From the IMG/VR virus record IMGVR_UViG_3300025120_010521: 64,000 nt of DNA; one strand, 5' to 3'. The DNA is from a virus. Taxonomy: Duplodnaviria; Caudoviricetes. Below the pieces are notes generated by a model. The model was given only the letters and a program-made list of their open reading frames with translations, was not told where the DNA came from and did not search any database. Both the position numbers and the translations under genes were made by a program. Every line of letters starts with the position of its first letter. The stretch's first letter is position 1. This document shows positions 46,898 to 57,158 of this stretch, piece after piece.

Positions 46898-47546
46898 TCT
46901 TTTTTATAACCTGTGTATTGTATTTATTCGCACTTTGCTTTATTAGGTTTTGATGTTCTGATTTAATCACTTTTCCTAGTACAAACCCAACTATACGATC
47001 GTCATCGATACCTTCTTGTACATCAACACCGTGTGGCTGTGTACAATTATTAATTAAAAACGCATCTGTTTCTTCTGGTATTGTACAAAAATGTTTAAGC
47101 TGATTACTCATATCTTGACTATAATCATATTCTTTGCACATATACAAGCTATCACGTGATCCGCTTACTACAAATCTATATCCTATAGGTTCATTTGCTC
47201 GTTGATGATCAAACATTTCTTGAGTAATTGTCATATGATGTGGGTGTGGTGCTTTAACATAATTACCGTCCACATGTGGAGCAACATTCCCTGTTGACCG
47301 TGCTATTCTTACGTAAAATTTATATTCAAATGGAAAGTATGTATCTATCCAATTTAGTAATTCTGGATACTTTTGTTTAGCAGAAGCATTCCATTCCTGC
47401 ATTTCACCAAATGGTTTGGAAAGATCTTTTACCCCTAATAGTGTTTCTTCTTTCCACCATGCAAACTTTTCTCCACCGATGAAATTATCTAGTATCGATT
47501 GTTTGTTTGGAATTGGTGGTATATCTAAAGGAGTGAATACTATCAT
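46881..47546 (-). CDS. 2OG-Fe(II) dioxygenase-like protein
   Basis: VAPHVD...AFLINNCTQPHGV...DRIVGF. Confidence 0.65.
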   Translation of the reverse strand: MIVFTPLDIPPIPNKQSILDNFIGGEKFAWWKEETLLGVKDLSKPFGEMQEWNASAKQKYPELLNWIDTYFPFEYKFYVRIARSTGNVAPHVDGNYVKAPHPHHMTITQEMFDHQRANEPIGYRFVVSGSRDSLYMCKEYDYSQDMSNQLKHFCTIPEETDAFLINNCTQPHGVDVQEGIDDDRIVGFVLGKVIKSEHQNLIKQSANKYNTQVIKKNELRV

Positions 47547-48304
47547 CTTTGCACAAATGCCTTCTCTACTACAAATTGTCCTGGAATGGATGTGTTACCT
47601 TCCTGCATACCTAAAGACTCAAAATGTTCAATTAAATCTTTGTTAAGACCTTGCGATCCACATATCATAAATCTATCTTCTTTTGTATCTAAACTTTGTC
47701 CAGCAGTCTCAGAAAACAATTTATTATTCTTTATCCATTCAGTAATTCTACCTTTGCGTGGCCAGTCTTGTTGCGTTAGTGTATTGAAATACTTAAAGTT
47801 TCCTAGTGTTAATTCTTTCCATTCTTCATTAAACCAATTAAGAGGCTCATGATATGCTAACTCGTTTTCATACTGTACTGTATGAGTTAAGATAACTTTT
47901 TCAAAACGTTCATATGTCGCAGGATCTTTTATTATTCCTAGAAATGGTGCAAGACCTGTACCTGTTGCAATCAAGTATAAATTACGACCAGGTAATAGGT
48001 AATCAATTACAAGTGTACCTGTTGATCTAGGATTAATTAGTATCTCATCACCTTCTTTAATATGTTGTAGTTTTGATGTTAATGGTCCATCATTTATTTT
48101 AATAGATAGGAATTCTAAATAATCTTCATGATTGGCTGATGCAATTGAGTATGCTCTCATTAATTTTTTACCTTCATGCTCCATACCTATCATTGCAAAC
48201 TCACCGTTATTAAATTTGTTTGGATAGTTTCTTGTAGTTTTAAATGAAAACGTTTTATCGTTCCAGTGTTTAACCCAAGTTACTGTTTCTTTATTAACTG
48301 CCAT
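47543..48304 (-). CDS. fpr: Ferredoxin/flavodoxin-NADP+ reductase
   Basis: RAYSIAS; GPLTS; LIATGTGLAPF; MICGS; FVVEKAF. Confidence 0.92.
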   Translation of the reverse strand: MAVNKETVTWVKHWNDKTFSFKTTRNYPNKFNNGEFAMIGMEHEGKKLMRAYSIASANHEDYLEFLSIKINDGPLTSKLQHIKEGDEILINPRSTGTLVIDYLLPGRNLYLIATGTGLAPFLGIIKDPATYERFEKVILTHTVQYENELAYHEPLNWFNEEWKELTLGNFKYFNTLTQQDWPRKGRITEWIKNNKLFSETAGQSLDTKEDRFMICGSQGLNKDLIEHFESLGMQEGNTSIPGQFVVEKAFVQR

Positions 48305-49519
48305 TTATACGTTCCTTGTGTTACCATACTCAATTACTGTGCAACCTTCTAACTGTGGACATTGTCTCCACGGGTCAACAATAATTGATCCTTTTGGAAA
48401 ATCATATTTAGAAGTGTCATCTGTACCGTATGTTACGTTTGGATTATGTGCAAGTAGATAAACTGCGTTACCTAAATCTTTTGGTGGCTGATCACCTGTA
48501 TGCTCATCTTTATAATATAATGTTCTACCTGCTTTTTCAATGTAATGTCCAATAAGCAAACTATATGATCCATTAGTGTAAGGCACGTGAGGCTTATATG
48601 CTTTACCTACAATCACAATTGGTAAGTTATACGACATTAATTTTTTAGCAAGATTTTCTGCTTGTATTTCTCTAGCACCCATAATAGCATCAAACAAATC
48701 GTAACCTAAGCCTAGATGGTCTGCCATCCAACGTAATGCAATGTTATCACGTGGGTGACAAGCACCGCCATCGCCCATACCTGCTGTCATATATTTTGGA
48801 CCCATAATACGCATATCAGAATATGCAAGTGCAGATGTTACTACATCAACATTAATATTACCCTGTTTTTCTGCTACGTCTTGAATCATATTTACTAAAC
48901 CAATCTTTGCTGAAATAAAGGTGTTGTAAAAAATTTTAATTGATTCACATTCATCCCAAGTACCAACTACATATCTAGGACTATTCTGCATCATTGGTTT
49001 ATAAAAATCTATAAGCTCTTTTGCATCACCAGTTTTTGATCCATCTTCAGTACCAATCATAATCATTTCTGGATTTACCATATCCCATTTTACTGACCCC
49101 ATTGCAATTAGGTACGGGTTATAAACAAAACGTGCATTTGTAATTAAAGGTTCAAGCTCACGTCTTGTTGTACCTGGTAGTACTGTTGATATAAGAACTA
49201 CTAATTGTTTTTTGTTAACAACCTTATTAACTTCTTTTAAAATATTTTTTACAATTGTATAATCAAAATCTTTTGGCTCTAAGTGTGCTGTTGGTGTTGA
49301 CCCATCATAACGTGGATCATGTGGTGTTGGCGCCGCAATAAAAACAATATCTTTGTCTTTTACTGTTTCAGAAATTGATGTCTTCATTGCAAAATTTTCT
49401 GGTGTTCTTGGTTCTACATCGTAGCCTTCAACCATATATTGTTGTGCCATAACTTCTGCACAGTCTTGTCCTAGTTTACCGCAACCTATCATTGCGACTT
49501 TTGTATTTTTTGGTTTCAT
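48305..49519 (-). CDS. UDP-glucose/GDP-mannose dehydrogenase family protein
   Basis: GCGKLG; FIAAPTP; ISTVLPGTT; YNPYLI; ESIKIFYNTF; GDGGACHPRD. Confidence 0.9.
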   Translation of the reverse strand: MKPKNTKVAMIGCGKLGQDCAEVMAQQYMVEGYDVEPRTPENFAMKTSISETVKDKDIVFIAAPTPHDPRYDGSTPTAHLEPKDFDYTIVKNILKEVNKVVNKKQLVVLISTVLPGTTRRELEPLITNARFVYNPYLIAMGSVKWDMVNPEMIMIGTEDGSKTGDAKELIDFYKPMMQNSPRYVVGTWDECESIKIFYNTFISAKIGLVNMIQDVAEKQGNINVDVVTSALAYSDMRIMGPKYMTAGMGDGGACHPRDNIALRWMADHLGLGYDLFDAIMGAREIQAENLAKKLMSYNLPIVIVGKAYKPHVPYTNGSYSLLIGHYIEKAGRTLYYKDEHTGDQPPKDLGNAVYLLAHNPNVTYGTDDTSKYDFPKGSIIVDPWRQCPQLEGCTVIEYGNTRNV

Positions 49520-51000
49520 GAATATACCCTCACTTTATGTTGTTGTTCAAATGCGTCTGCATGTTGTCTTGTGTTTACTAACGGTTCACCTTTAATATTT
49601 AGGCTAGTGTTTAATAATATTGGACATCCTGTTTGATCATAGAACTTTTTAATTAAATTATAAAATCCTGGTGCTTCTTTTTGTGTTACTGTTTGTACAC
49701 GAGAAGTACCATCAGCATGTATTATTGCTGGAAACTCTTGTGGCTTTCTACATATAGCAACTGCCTGCATATATGGTGATTCTGTAATACCTCCTGGCAT
49801 TGTAAAATATTGATGAACATGTTCTTCAAGAATAGCAGGAGCAAATGGTCTAAACTTTTGTCTTTTTTTAATGTCATTTACTCTATCTTTTATTTCAGTG
49901 CCTCGAGGATCAGCAAGTAGACTTCTATTACCTAATGCTCTTGGTCCAAACTCTGCTTTGCCACTTGCTACACCAATAATATTTCCATTTAATAATGCAT
50001 CACAGGCAGAATCTACAGGATAATCACCTTCAATATTTGTACCTAAGAAAGGTCCTTGCCAATCTAACTTATCGCCATAACCTATTGCCGCGGCTCCTAA
50101 TGAATTACCTGCGTCGCCTGGGTTAGGCATAATCCATATATTTGGATTTTTATTATACATTAATGAATTAGCTACACAATTAAGTGCAACTCCTCCCATC
50201 CATACAATGTTTTTTTGTGAACTATATGAACGTGCTATTTCAAATAGTGTAAGAATTTTCTTTTCAATAACTTGTTGAATTGATGCCGCAACGTCATATG
50301 AAAACTGATGATCAATCAACGGCATGTGTGCCATCCATTCCTCAATACCTGCATGAACATTCATTGTTAGTTTCAAAGGATCTTTTTTATCAAAGAAATG
50401 CTTTTCAATATCTTTTGCATACTTTGGTTCTCCATAGGCCGCCATGCCCATTAAAATGTATTCTTCTTCGTTTGCTTTTAATCCAACTCTTTGTGTGAAT
50501 GCTGAATACAATAACCCCAACGAGTGTGGATATTGGTATGTCTTTAATCTTTTTAATCCGTTTGGTGCTGTATATTCCCATATTGACATAGTATCAAACT
50601 CTCCAATAGCATCAGCAACAATAACACAGGCACTATTGTAAGGTGATGTATATGCTCCTGCGGCCGCGTGTGCTTTATGATGTTCTACATATTCTAACTT
50701 ATGTGGTACCATATGTTGGAACTGTTTCATATATTGTGATGGTAAGTTAGACGTTTGAAATAATTCATTCCATTGCCCAGAAACCATTTGTCTACGTTTT
50801 TTTAGCCAAGGTCTTTCATGCCATATAACCTTATCTGGATCACCATGTTCTAATGCTTCATTTATTATTTCATCGCACAAGTAAGGATCATTTTTTATTC
50901 TTGTGTATCTTTCTGTATGACCAGCAAATACTATTTGATTGTCTTTTATTACAGATAAAGATCCATCATGACCTAAACCACATATACCCCAAGTTATCAT
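49516..51000 (-). CDS. O-carbamoyltransferase, NodU/CmcH family
   Basis: GHDGS; EHHKAHAAA; DAIGE; LMGMAAYG; GGVALNC; EFGPRALGNRSLLADPR; RPFAP; NTSLN. Confidence 0.95.
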   Translation of the reverse strand: MITWGICGLGHDGSLSVIKDNQIVFAGHTERYTRIKNDPYLCDEIINEALEHGDPDKVIWHERPWLKKRRQMVSGQWNELFQTSNLPSQYMKQFQHMVPHKLEYVEHHKAHAAAGAYTSPYNSACVIVADAIGEFDTMSIWEYTAPNGLKRLKTYQYPHSLGLLYSAFTQRVGLKANEEEYILMGMAAYGEPKYAKDIEKHFFDKKDPLKLTMNVHAGIEEWMAHMPLIDHQFSYDVAASIQQVIEKKILTLFEIARSYSSQKNIVWMGGVALNCVANSLMYNKNPNIWIMPNPGDAGNSLGAAAIGYGDKLDWQGPFLGTNIEGDYPVDSACDALLNGNIIGVASGKAEFGPRALGNRSLLADPRGTEIKDRVNDIKKRQKFRPFAPAILEEHVHQYFTMPGGITESPYMQAVAICRKPQEFPAIIHADGTSRVQTVTQKEAPGFYNLIKKFYDQTGCPILLNTSLNIKGEPLVNTRQHADAFEQQHKVRVYS

Positions 51001-51515
51001 TTTGCACTCACCATTAATTGTTTTACTTCATATGATTGATCAATAATCCATTTTATTGTTTCAACTATATCTTTATATGACAGCTTTGCTCCATCATAGT
51101 CTTTGTTAAATTCTGTATCAACATACCCTAGTCCTAGTGTTGTAATTTTACATTTACGTTGTTGATTGTGTAACAATTCAACTTGCGAATGTAATGCAAC
51201 TTTCTCTACAGGATATTGCTGGTGCACTACTTGCCAGTTACTATAAGGAACTGTATCAACACCAATGTTAATTATTAATTTGCTATAATCTTTCCATGCT
51301 GTAAAAACATCATTTAACAATTCTACTTGTCCAAATCCTTCATGTGCATTATTAATAAACACATCACAATCATTAATAGCATGAACTATTTTAGTTCTTG
51401 AATTTTTATCAGTAATATCAAATCCTTGTGATTTACTTAATCCAATACTATTTGGAAATGCATCATAGATTGCCTTACCAATTCTTTTTGTGTGTCCAGT
51501 AATTGCTACTTTCAT
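50997..51515 (-). CDS. Short-chain dehydrogenase/reductase (short)
   Basis: VAITGHTKRIG; DVFINNA; IINIG; YPVEK. Confidence 0.8.
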   Translation of the reverse strand: MKVAITGHTKRIGKAIYDAFPNSIGLSKSQGFDITDKNSRTKIVHAINDCDVFINNAHEGFGQVELLNDVFTAWKDYSKLIINIGVDTVPYSNWQVVHQQYPVEKVALHSQVELLHNQQRKCKITTLGLGYVDTEFNKDYDGAKLSYKDIVETIKWIIDQSYEVKQLMVSAK

Positions 51516-51874
51516 TCTTTTAAATATCCTTTTCTTATTTGTGTAGCACTAATTTTATGAATTTCTTCACCAAGGTCATGTTTAGTAAACGTATATCCTA
51601 CATCTCTTCCATAACTAATATCTACAATATTCGGAACACTAATAATATCATAATCGTGTTTAAATACGTATCCTTCTTTTGATAAATGCTCTTGTATTTT
51701 TAAACCAACCTGACCTCCTGCATATGGATTACTGTTATTAACTTCCATATCACGTATCATTATTACCACTTGCCCAGTTTCATTCATTGCTTTTTTAAAT
51801 AAAGCTGTATGCCCATCATGCCATGGTTGAAATCTTCCTAGCATTTGTGCTGTTGGTTTTTTACTATTGTACAC
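51512..51874 (-). CDS. Cytidylyltransferase-like (HxGH) nucleotidyltransferase
   Basis: LGRFQPWHDGH; ISATQIR. Confidence 0.85.
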   Translation of the reverse strand: MYNSKKPTAQMLGRFQPWHDGHTALFKKAMNETGQVVIMIRDMEVNNSNPYAGGQVGLKIQEHLSKEGYVFKHDYDIISVPNIVDISYGRDVGYTFTKHDLGEEIHKISATQIRKGYLKE

Positions 51875-51876
51875 AA

Positions 51877-52743
51877 TTAAATCCTTTCATATGCTGGTGT
51901 TAAGCACACTCGGTTTATACCATTTTCTCTTTTAAATCTATCCCATTCAGCATCTGTTGTAGTTCCTAACAGATATGAATCACTTGGTTGTAAGTTAAAT
52001 TGTTTACATAATGTTTGTTGCATTTTGTTATATTCTTCTTTTTTTGCAAACACACTACTACTTATTATTACCGCTCTAAATACATCAATTATTGCATGGT
52101 TAAAATATCCAACTCCTTGCAATTCTTGTTGTACTAATTCTGGTTCTCTAACAAAACGTACACCTGCTCTTAATAATCCAAGCCCATATGGTTTTGAACA
52201 ACTCCAAAATACTTCTTTAACATTTTCATATAATTTTATTTTATGTGGTCCTGTGGTTCCAGCAAATGCTAAATCTAAATATATTGGGCATTGTTGTCTT
52301 TCACCAACTTCATCATATCTTTTATCAAAGTTTCCTGTTGCACTAAATGGATTACTCATATACAAAGGTACACTAGATAATAAGTCATTAACAGATTTAG
52401 CAACATGTACTGGTTTTTTTATAAATGTTGGGTATCTATATTCTCCTTCAAATACTTGATACTGCGTAACTTTATTACACATCCAATCAATACTTTCATG
52501 TATACCATTTGTAGGATACCCCCATCTTAGTTCCGATAAGTCAATAAGCGGATTTAAATAATTTCTAATTTGATTTTGACAGTTTTCCCAACGTACACGT
52601 CTTTTTACAGATGGTGTTTTATCATTCTCGTTTGTACTTTCAATATAAGAACCATATGTACTAGATAGCATAGTTTTAATAGCCATATCGGTTGGTGAAT
52701 GTATTGCTTTACTTTTACCAAATGTTTCGTTTGTTATTTTCAT
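51877..52743 (-). CDS. PLP-dependent aminotransferase-like protein (short)
   Basis: TNGIHESI; SNPFSATGN; YLDLAF; SCSKPYGLGLLRAG. Confidence 0.7.
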   Translation of the reverse strand: MKITNETFGKSKAIHSPTDMAIKTMLSSTYGSYIESTNENDKTPSVKRRVRWENCQNQIRNYLNPLIDLSELRWGYPTNGIHESIDWMCNKVTQYQVFEGEYRYPTFIKKPVHVAKSVNDLLSSVPLYMSNPFSATGNFDKRYDEVGERQQCPIYLDLAFAGTTGPHKIKLYENVKEVFWSCSKPYGLGLLRAGVRFVREPELVQQELQGVGYFNHAIIDVFRAVIISSSVFAKKEEYNKMQQTLCKQFNLQPSDSYLLGTTTDAEWDRFKRENGINRVCLTPAYERI

Positions 52744-52745
52744 AT

Positions 52746-53408
52746 CTACCTTTGCTTCATATTTTTACACACACCTGCAAGTGTTTCTTCATTTACATCA
52801 ACATTAACAACTAACCAATACGCAGGATCAGGTGTTGTATTAAAAAGATAATGCATTTTAGCAGTATCAACAAAATATAAGATTCCTTGTTGCCATTGTA
52901 AAACTTTATCTTCTAATATAAATGTCATACCAGGAGTGTCACAATTCTTTAACGGCATTATTAATCTAAATGTATCAAAAATTAATTTATTTGATTGATG
53001 AAAATCATATTCATCTGGATGATCTCTATGTGGAGGAAAAAATCCACCTGTGTTTAATTTTAAAATATGTGTTCTAAATATATGTCCTTTAAATGGTTCT
53101 AAACATTCTTGTAATGACTGCCAATCAAATACCGGCGTTGGTGTTTTAAAGTCTCTTTCGGTCCACTCTGTTCCATTTTCTTTATTATATTCATATACAC
53201 TATCTAAATCTGGTCTACCAGATAGTCCGCCATCTAAACTTGTAATACTTAAACCTTCTCTAGGATAACTTTTTCTTGGATTATACTGTACATAATCAAA
53301 CTGTTTTTCAGTCCAATCAATAAATGCAGAAGAATCCTTCATACGAAGTTTTAAAGGATACTGTGCTCCAAATGTTATTAGATCTCTGTATAAACTGTTT
53401 TTACTCAT
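52746..53408 (-). CDS. 2OG-Fe(II) dioxygenase, Asp/Asn beta-hydroxylase-like
   Basis: GGFFPPHRD...YFVDTAKMHYLFN. Confidence 0.8.
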   Translation of the reverse strand: MSKNSLYRDLITFGAQYPLKLRMKDSSAFIDWTEKQFDYVQYNPRKSYPREGLSITSLDGGLSGRPDLDSVYEYNKENGTEWTERDFKTPTPVFDWQSLQECLEPFKGHIFRTHILKLNTGGFFPPHRDHPDEYDFHQSNKLIFDTFRLIMPLKNCDTPGMTFILEDKVLQWQQGILYFVDTAKMHYLFNTTPDPAYWLVVNVDVNEETLAGVCKNMKQR

Positions 53409-54571
53409 TCGTATGTTTTATCTCCTGGCCATAATGGTAATTTAGTTCCTTTGGCTCTCTTTGGTATTTTTGAATCAGCACTTGATACACAGCTTTGTGA
53501 AATACAAGTCTGTGGCTTATCAAATAGTTTAAATCCTGTTTCAATATTTCCAAGAGGCTTATCGTGACAACTGTAACTTCTTTTTATACTACCATCTGGT
53601 TCTCTAATAATAATTGATCTATACCCTGACGAGCATTCCCATCCTTCAAATTTATTAAAATTAAATGCGTTAAATCTTTCTGCTTGATCCATAAAGTAAG
53701 GATTGTTTTCTTTGTCTCTAAATTCAACTTGAAAGTGTTGTGGTACTCCTTCCGAGTATGTTTGTTTTTGCATAGTACGATCATCATCTATTTTAAACGT
53801 TGGCTTTGGTCTTTTTACATGTTGATTTTTTTCTTCAGTAAATCCACGTTGTGGCATTCCGTTATGTAACTTGTCAAGCATTTCTTTCGTGTAGCCATGG
53901 ACAACTTCTGATGCTGTTGGATCGCTTTGAGCTTTGAGCGTAACGTTAATACCTCTATTGTGGAAATATAATGATTCCTCGTATAGTTCATTAAACCATT
54001 CTGGAACCATAACTTGGTTAATTGTAACTTGGACATCGTGTTCTTGTGCGAAGCATAACTTATCGGCAAAATCTGCTCTTTTTTCTTTTGAGTTAACGTG
54101 TTCCCTGTGGTATGAAGCCGTGATACTGGCTCTATGGAACGGTGCGACTGCTTTAACATATTGTTCAAACCATTTCATGTTTCTACTGCAATTACTTGTC
54201 ATATGGACAGAAGTATAATTAGTGTTTTTTGTATCATCAGCAAGATGCTGAAGAATATCAAGGTAACCAGGATGAAACGTAGGCTCGCCTCCAGAAAGAC
54301 TGAAGTGGAAACTATTAAATCCTCTATCTCTTGCTTGTCTTTTAATCTCGTCAATGGTAGCAAGACAAAGCTCAGTAGGCCTATGATCTTTTCTGTCACT
54401 TCTAGCATACGGCCAACAGTAGCTACACCTGTAATTACAAAACCTACCAAGAAGCCAACTGACTGTAAAAAGATCCCTGTAAAGCATAGTACGTTGTCCA
54501 ACACGTACGAGATTGTTGTACGGAATTTGTGTAAAATCATATTCACTCCATTTTAAATCACTCATTGCCAA
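53405..54571 (-). CDS. Radical SAM protein (same subfamily as 14639..15922)
   Basis: WLLGRFCNYRCSYC; LSGGEPT; MTSN; WECSSG...SC...CVSSAD. Confidence 0.9.
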   Translation of the reverse strand: MAMSDLKWSEYDFTQIPYNNLVRVGQRTMLYRDLFTVSWLLGRFCNYRCSYCWPYARSDRKDHRPTELCLATIDEIKRQARDRGFNSFHFSLSGGEPTFHPGYLDILQHLADDTKNTNYTSVHMTSNCSRNMKWFEQYVKAVAPFHRASITASYHREHVNSKEKRADFADKLCFAQEHDVQVTINQVMVPEWFNELYEESLYFHNRGINVTLKAQSDPTASEVVHGYTKEMLDKLHNGMPQRGFTEEKNQHVKRPKPTFKIDDDRTMQKQTYSEGVPQHFQVEFRDKENNPYFMDQAERFNAFNFNKFEGWECSSGYRSIIIREPDGSIKRSYSCHDKPLGNIETGFKLFDKPQTCISQSCVSSADSKIPKRAKGTKLPLWPGDKTYE

Positions 54572-55791
54572 TAGTCCTTAAATTCTGGATACACTTCTAG
54601 AAAATTAGTTTTGTTTAATCTATCCATGGTTTCAATATATTCCCTTGTTGATTTTGGCAATGTATCATTGTTTATATCAGTATTATTCATATAATCTAAT
54701 ACATAGTTTGACCATTTAATTATTTTGGCCAAACGGTTCTCCTTAATATTTTCTAAACTTTCTATTTTATTATAAACTCTTTTTGTTATAATGTCTTTCA
54801 TTTTCTTTGGTATATATTGAATATTTAGAGCTTCTGGGTATTGTACCAAACTACAATGAAAGGAACAATCCAAAGATGTATAATAATCAATAATATCATC
54901 AAATCTAGAAATATTGTACAACGAAACTGTACATGTTGTTGTTAAATTAAAAACTTCTTGTGATAATTTAGATTTTAATGTTTTTATATTATCTTCAACT
55001 GCTTGTAAATTACTTCCTGTTCTTAAATAACTGTGTATTTTTTTATCACCATCTAAACTTACACGACAGTTTATCTTTTTAAATTTACTCCAAAGGTCAC
55101 TAATATGCTTATCCTTTAATACTATATTGTTTAAATTTGTATTATATTCTAGTGTAATGTTATGAGCATAGGGTAAAAGTTTTTCTAATGCATCATAATG
55201 CTGTGGCTGTATCAAAGGCTCGCCACCTGCTATAATTATTTCTTCTACTCTTGGTCCTATGTCATTTACTACTTGATTAAATGTTTCTATAGGTAATTTT
55301 GCTATGCCTCTCCATGTGCTGGTTTCAGTTAGTTGATATTTGTCAAACAAACGTTTAACCTCATCATGCTTGTTAACTGCTACTGCCCAAGTTGAACTGT
55401 ATATCGAAGAACAATGTCTACATCTTAGATCACACACATTACCAAAACGTAATTCAATTGTTTTAACGTTCATAGGTAATTCACCGTCATTTACTTCTTT
55501 TAATACTTGAGGAATATGCTTTTCATAGTCTTGATTACATTGTTGCCTAGTTGATATGACATTTGCTTTTTCCATATCCCAACAACTTTTACAGCCGTCA
55601 TGCTGTACTCCATTCATTAAATTATCACGTATTTTTTTATAGTTGTCATTGTTCCATATTTCTTTTAAAGTTTTATCTCCATAATGTCCTAGCGAATCAT
55701 GATTACGCCAACAAGCACTTACAAAGCCTTTTGGCTTTAGGTTCATGTGTATAAATGGCATTATACAAAATGTATTTGATTGTTTGCTCAT
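54562..55791 (-). CDS. Radical SAM protein with N-terminal twitch domain (likely start MSKQ at 55791)
   Basis: FCIMPF...SAC...CKSC; GNVCDLRCRHC; IAGGEPL; YNTN; SLDG. Confidence 0.9.
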   Translation of the reverse strand: MSKQSNTFCIMPFIHMNLKPKGFVSACWRNHDSLGHYGDKTLKEIWNNDNYKKIRDNLMNGVQHDGCKSCWDMEKANVISTRQQCNQDYEKHIPQVLKEVNDGELPMNVKTIELRFGNVCDLRCRHCSSIYSSTWAVAVNKHDEVKRLFDKYQLTETSTWRGIAKLPIETFNQVVNDIGPRVEEIIIAGGEPLIQPQHYDALEKLLPYAHNITLEYNTNLNNIVLKDKHISDLWSKFKKINCRVSLDGDKKIHSYLRTGSNLQAVEDNIKTLKSKLSQEVFNLTTTCTVSLYNISRFDDIIDYYTSLDCSFHCSLVQYPEALNIQYIPKKMKDIITKRVYNKIESLENIKENRLAKIIKWSNYVLDYMNNTDINNDTLPKSTREYIETMDRLNKTNFLEVYPEFKDYWQ

Positions 55792-57035
55792 GTCAATGCC
55801 TCTGATAGTTCTAAAAAAGTAGTACGCCAATTCTCATTACGAACACTATCAATTAGATTTGCTTTCTCAAAGAACTCTGTCGACAGATCACTAGAAGCAT
55901 AATTTAATCCTTTTAATATTTTATCATAACTTTTTTCTATAATAGATATTAATTCCTTATTACTTTGATATGTTAACAATAACTGATCTTTATGTTGTAA
56001 TACTAAATTTTTAATTTTAGATTGATTAGATATACTTAAATTTGATAATGACAGATACTGTGGTGTTTGTGCTAAATGTAAATCTAAAAAGTTTTTTGTT
56101 ATAATACTTTTTGGAAAATAATTAGCTATCCAATTAATAAACTCTTTTAGATACAAAACATTATATATTGTTAAGGTATGTCCAATTACAACTGAAACGT
56201 TTGTATGCTGTTGACTTACATCTACCCACTTTGTAGCTGATTCTGTAACCTTATCCCATTGCGAACCTTTTCTTAAAAACTCTGCTCGTTTTTCAATTGC
56301 ATCTAAACTTAGATCTATTTTAGCACTTTTAAAATTTGGTATTAGTTTTCTATATTGATCTTTTGGAAAGAAAGAACAATTTGTAAAAACTTCTAAATGT
56401 ATATTTTTTGCTATATCCCACTTAACTAAATTAGCTAGAAAAGTTTGAAATTGATCATTTAAAAAAGGTTCACCGCCTGTTGCTTTTACATTTTTTAAAT
56501 GTTTTACTGTATCAAATGATATTGTCGATAACGATTGATTTGTTTTTGGAAGTTGTTTTATATTAATATATTCGTGGTGTTCATTTCCAAAAAAGTTTTT
56601 TATTAGTTCACTATCTTTATCTAAATCTTCATCCCATGTTGTTGATAGTTTTGGTCCACATGATCTACATTTTAAATTACAATACCTACCTGTTTGTATT
56701 TCAAGAAACTCTAACTGTGTTTCATCATATTTAGGGTTTTGTTTATAATCATAACTTATTTCACCATTTGTATCAATAGCACTTTCACGCATTGATTTTA
56801 TACCAGCTTGTTCATCTTGATAACATCTCCAACATCCTTTAATTTGTTTACCTTCTAATGATTTTTTTCTTAACGTATCCCATATCTTATTGTATCCATT
56901 ATCAAAAGACTTTGAATATTCTAATGAATCATCTTTATATCGACAGCATGGAACAATAGAGCTATCAGGAACCTGCATGACAGCACCCCGAAAAAGGTAT
57001 GGACAGTAAGTTTTATTGTTTTTTAGATCAATCAT
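55788..57035 (-). CDS. Radical SAM protein with N-terminal twitch domain
   Basis: YCPYLF...VPCC...CWRC; GRYCNLKCRSC; ATGGEPF; FTN; SLDA. Confidence 0.9.
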   Translation of the reverse strand: MIDLKNNKTYCPYLFRGAVMQVPDSSIVPCCRYKDDSLEYSKSFDNGYNKIWDTLRKKSLEGKQIKGCWRCYQDEQAGIKSMRESAIDTNGEISYDYKQNPKYDETQLEFLEIQTGRYCNLKCRSCGPKLSTTWDEDLDKDSELIKNFFGNEHHEYINIKQLPKTNQSLSTISFDTVKHLKNVKATGGEPFLNDQFQTFLANLVKWDIAKNIHLEVFTNCSFFPKDQYRKLIPNFKSAKIDLSLDAIEKRAEFLRKGSQWDKVTESATKWVDVSQQHTNVSVVIGHTLTIYNVLYLKEFINWIANYFPKSIITKNFLDLHLAQTPQYLSLSNLSISNQSKIKNLVLQHKDQLLLTYQSNKELISIIEKSYDKILKGLNYASSDLSTEFFEKANLIDSVRNENWRTTFLELSEALT

Positions 57036-57158
57036 TTTTTTATAAGTATACAGTAAAATCTTAATTAAATCAATATAAAGTGTGTACTTTATATATTTAC
57101 CACTTGCATTCTATGATAAATATATGTATAATATTGCTTATTAGGAGAAATAATTAAA

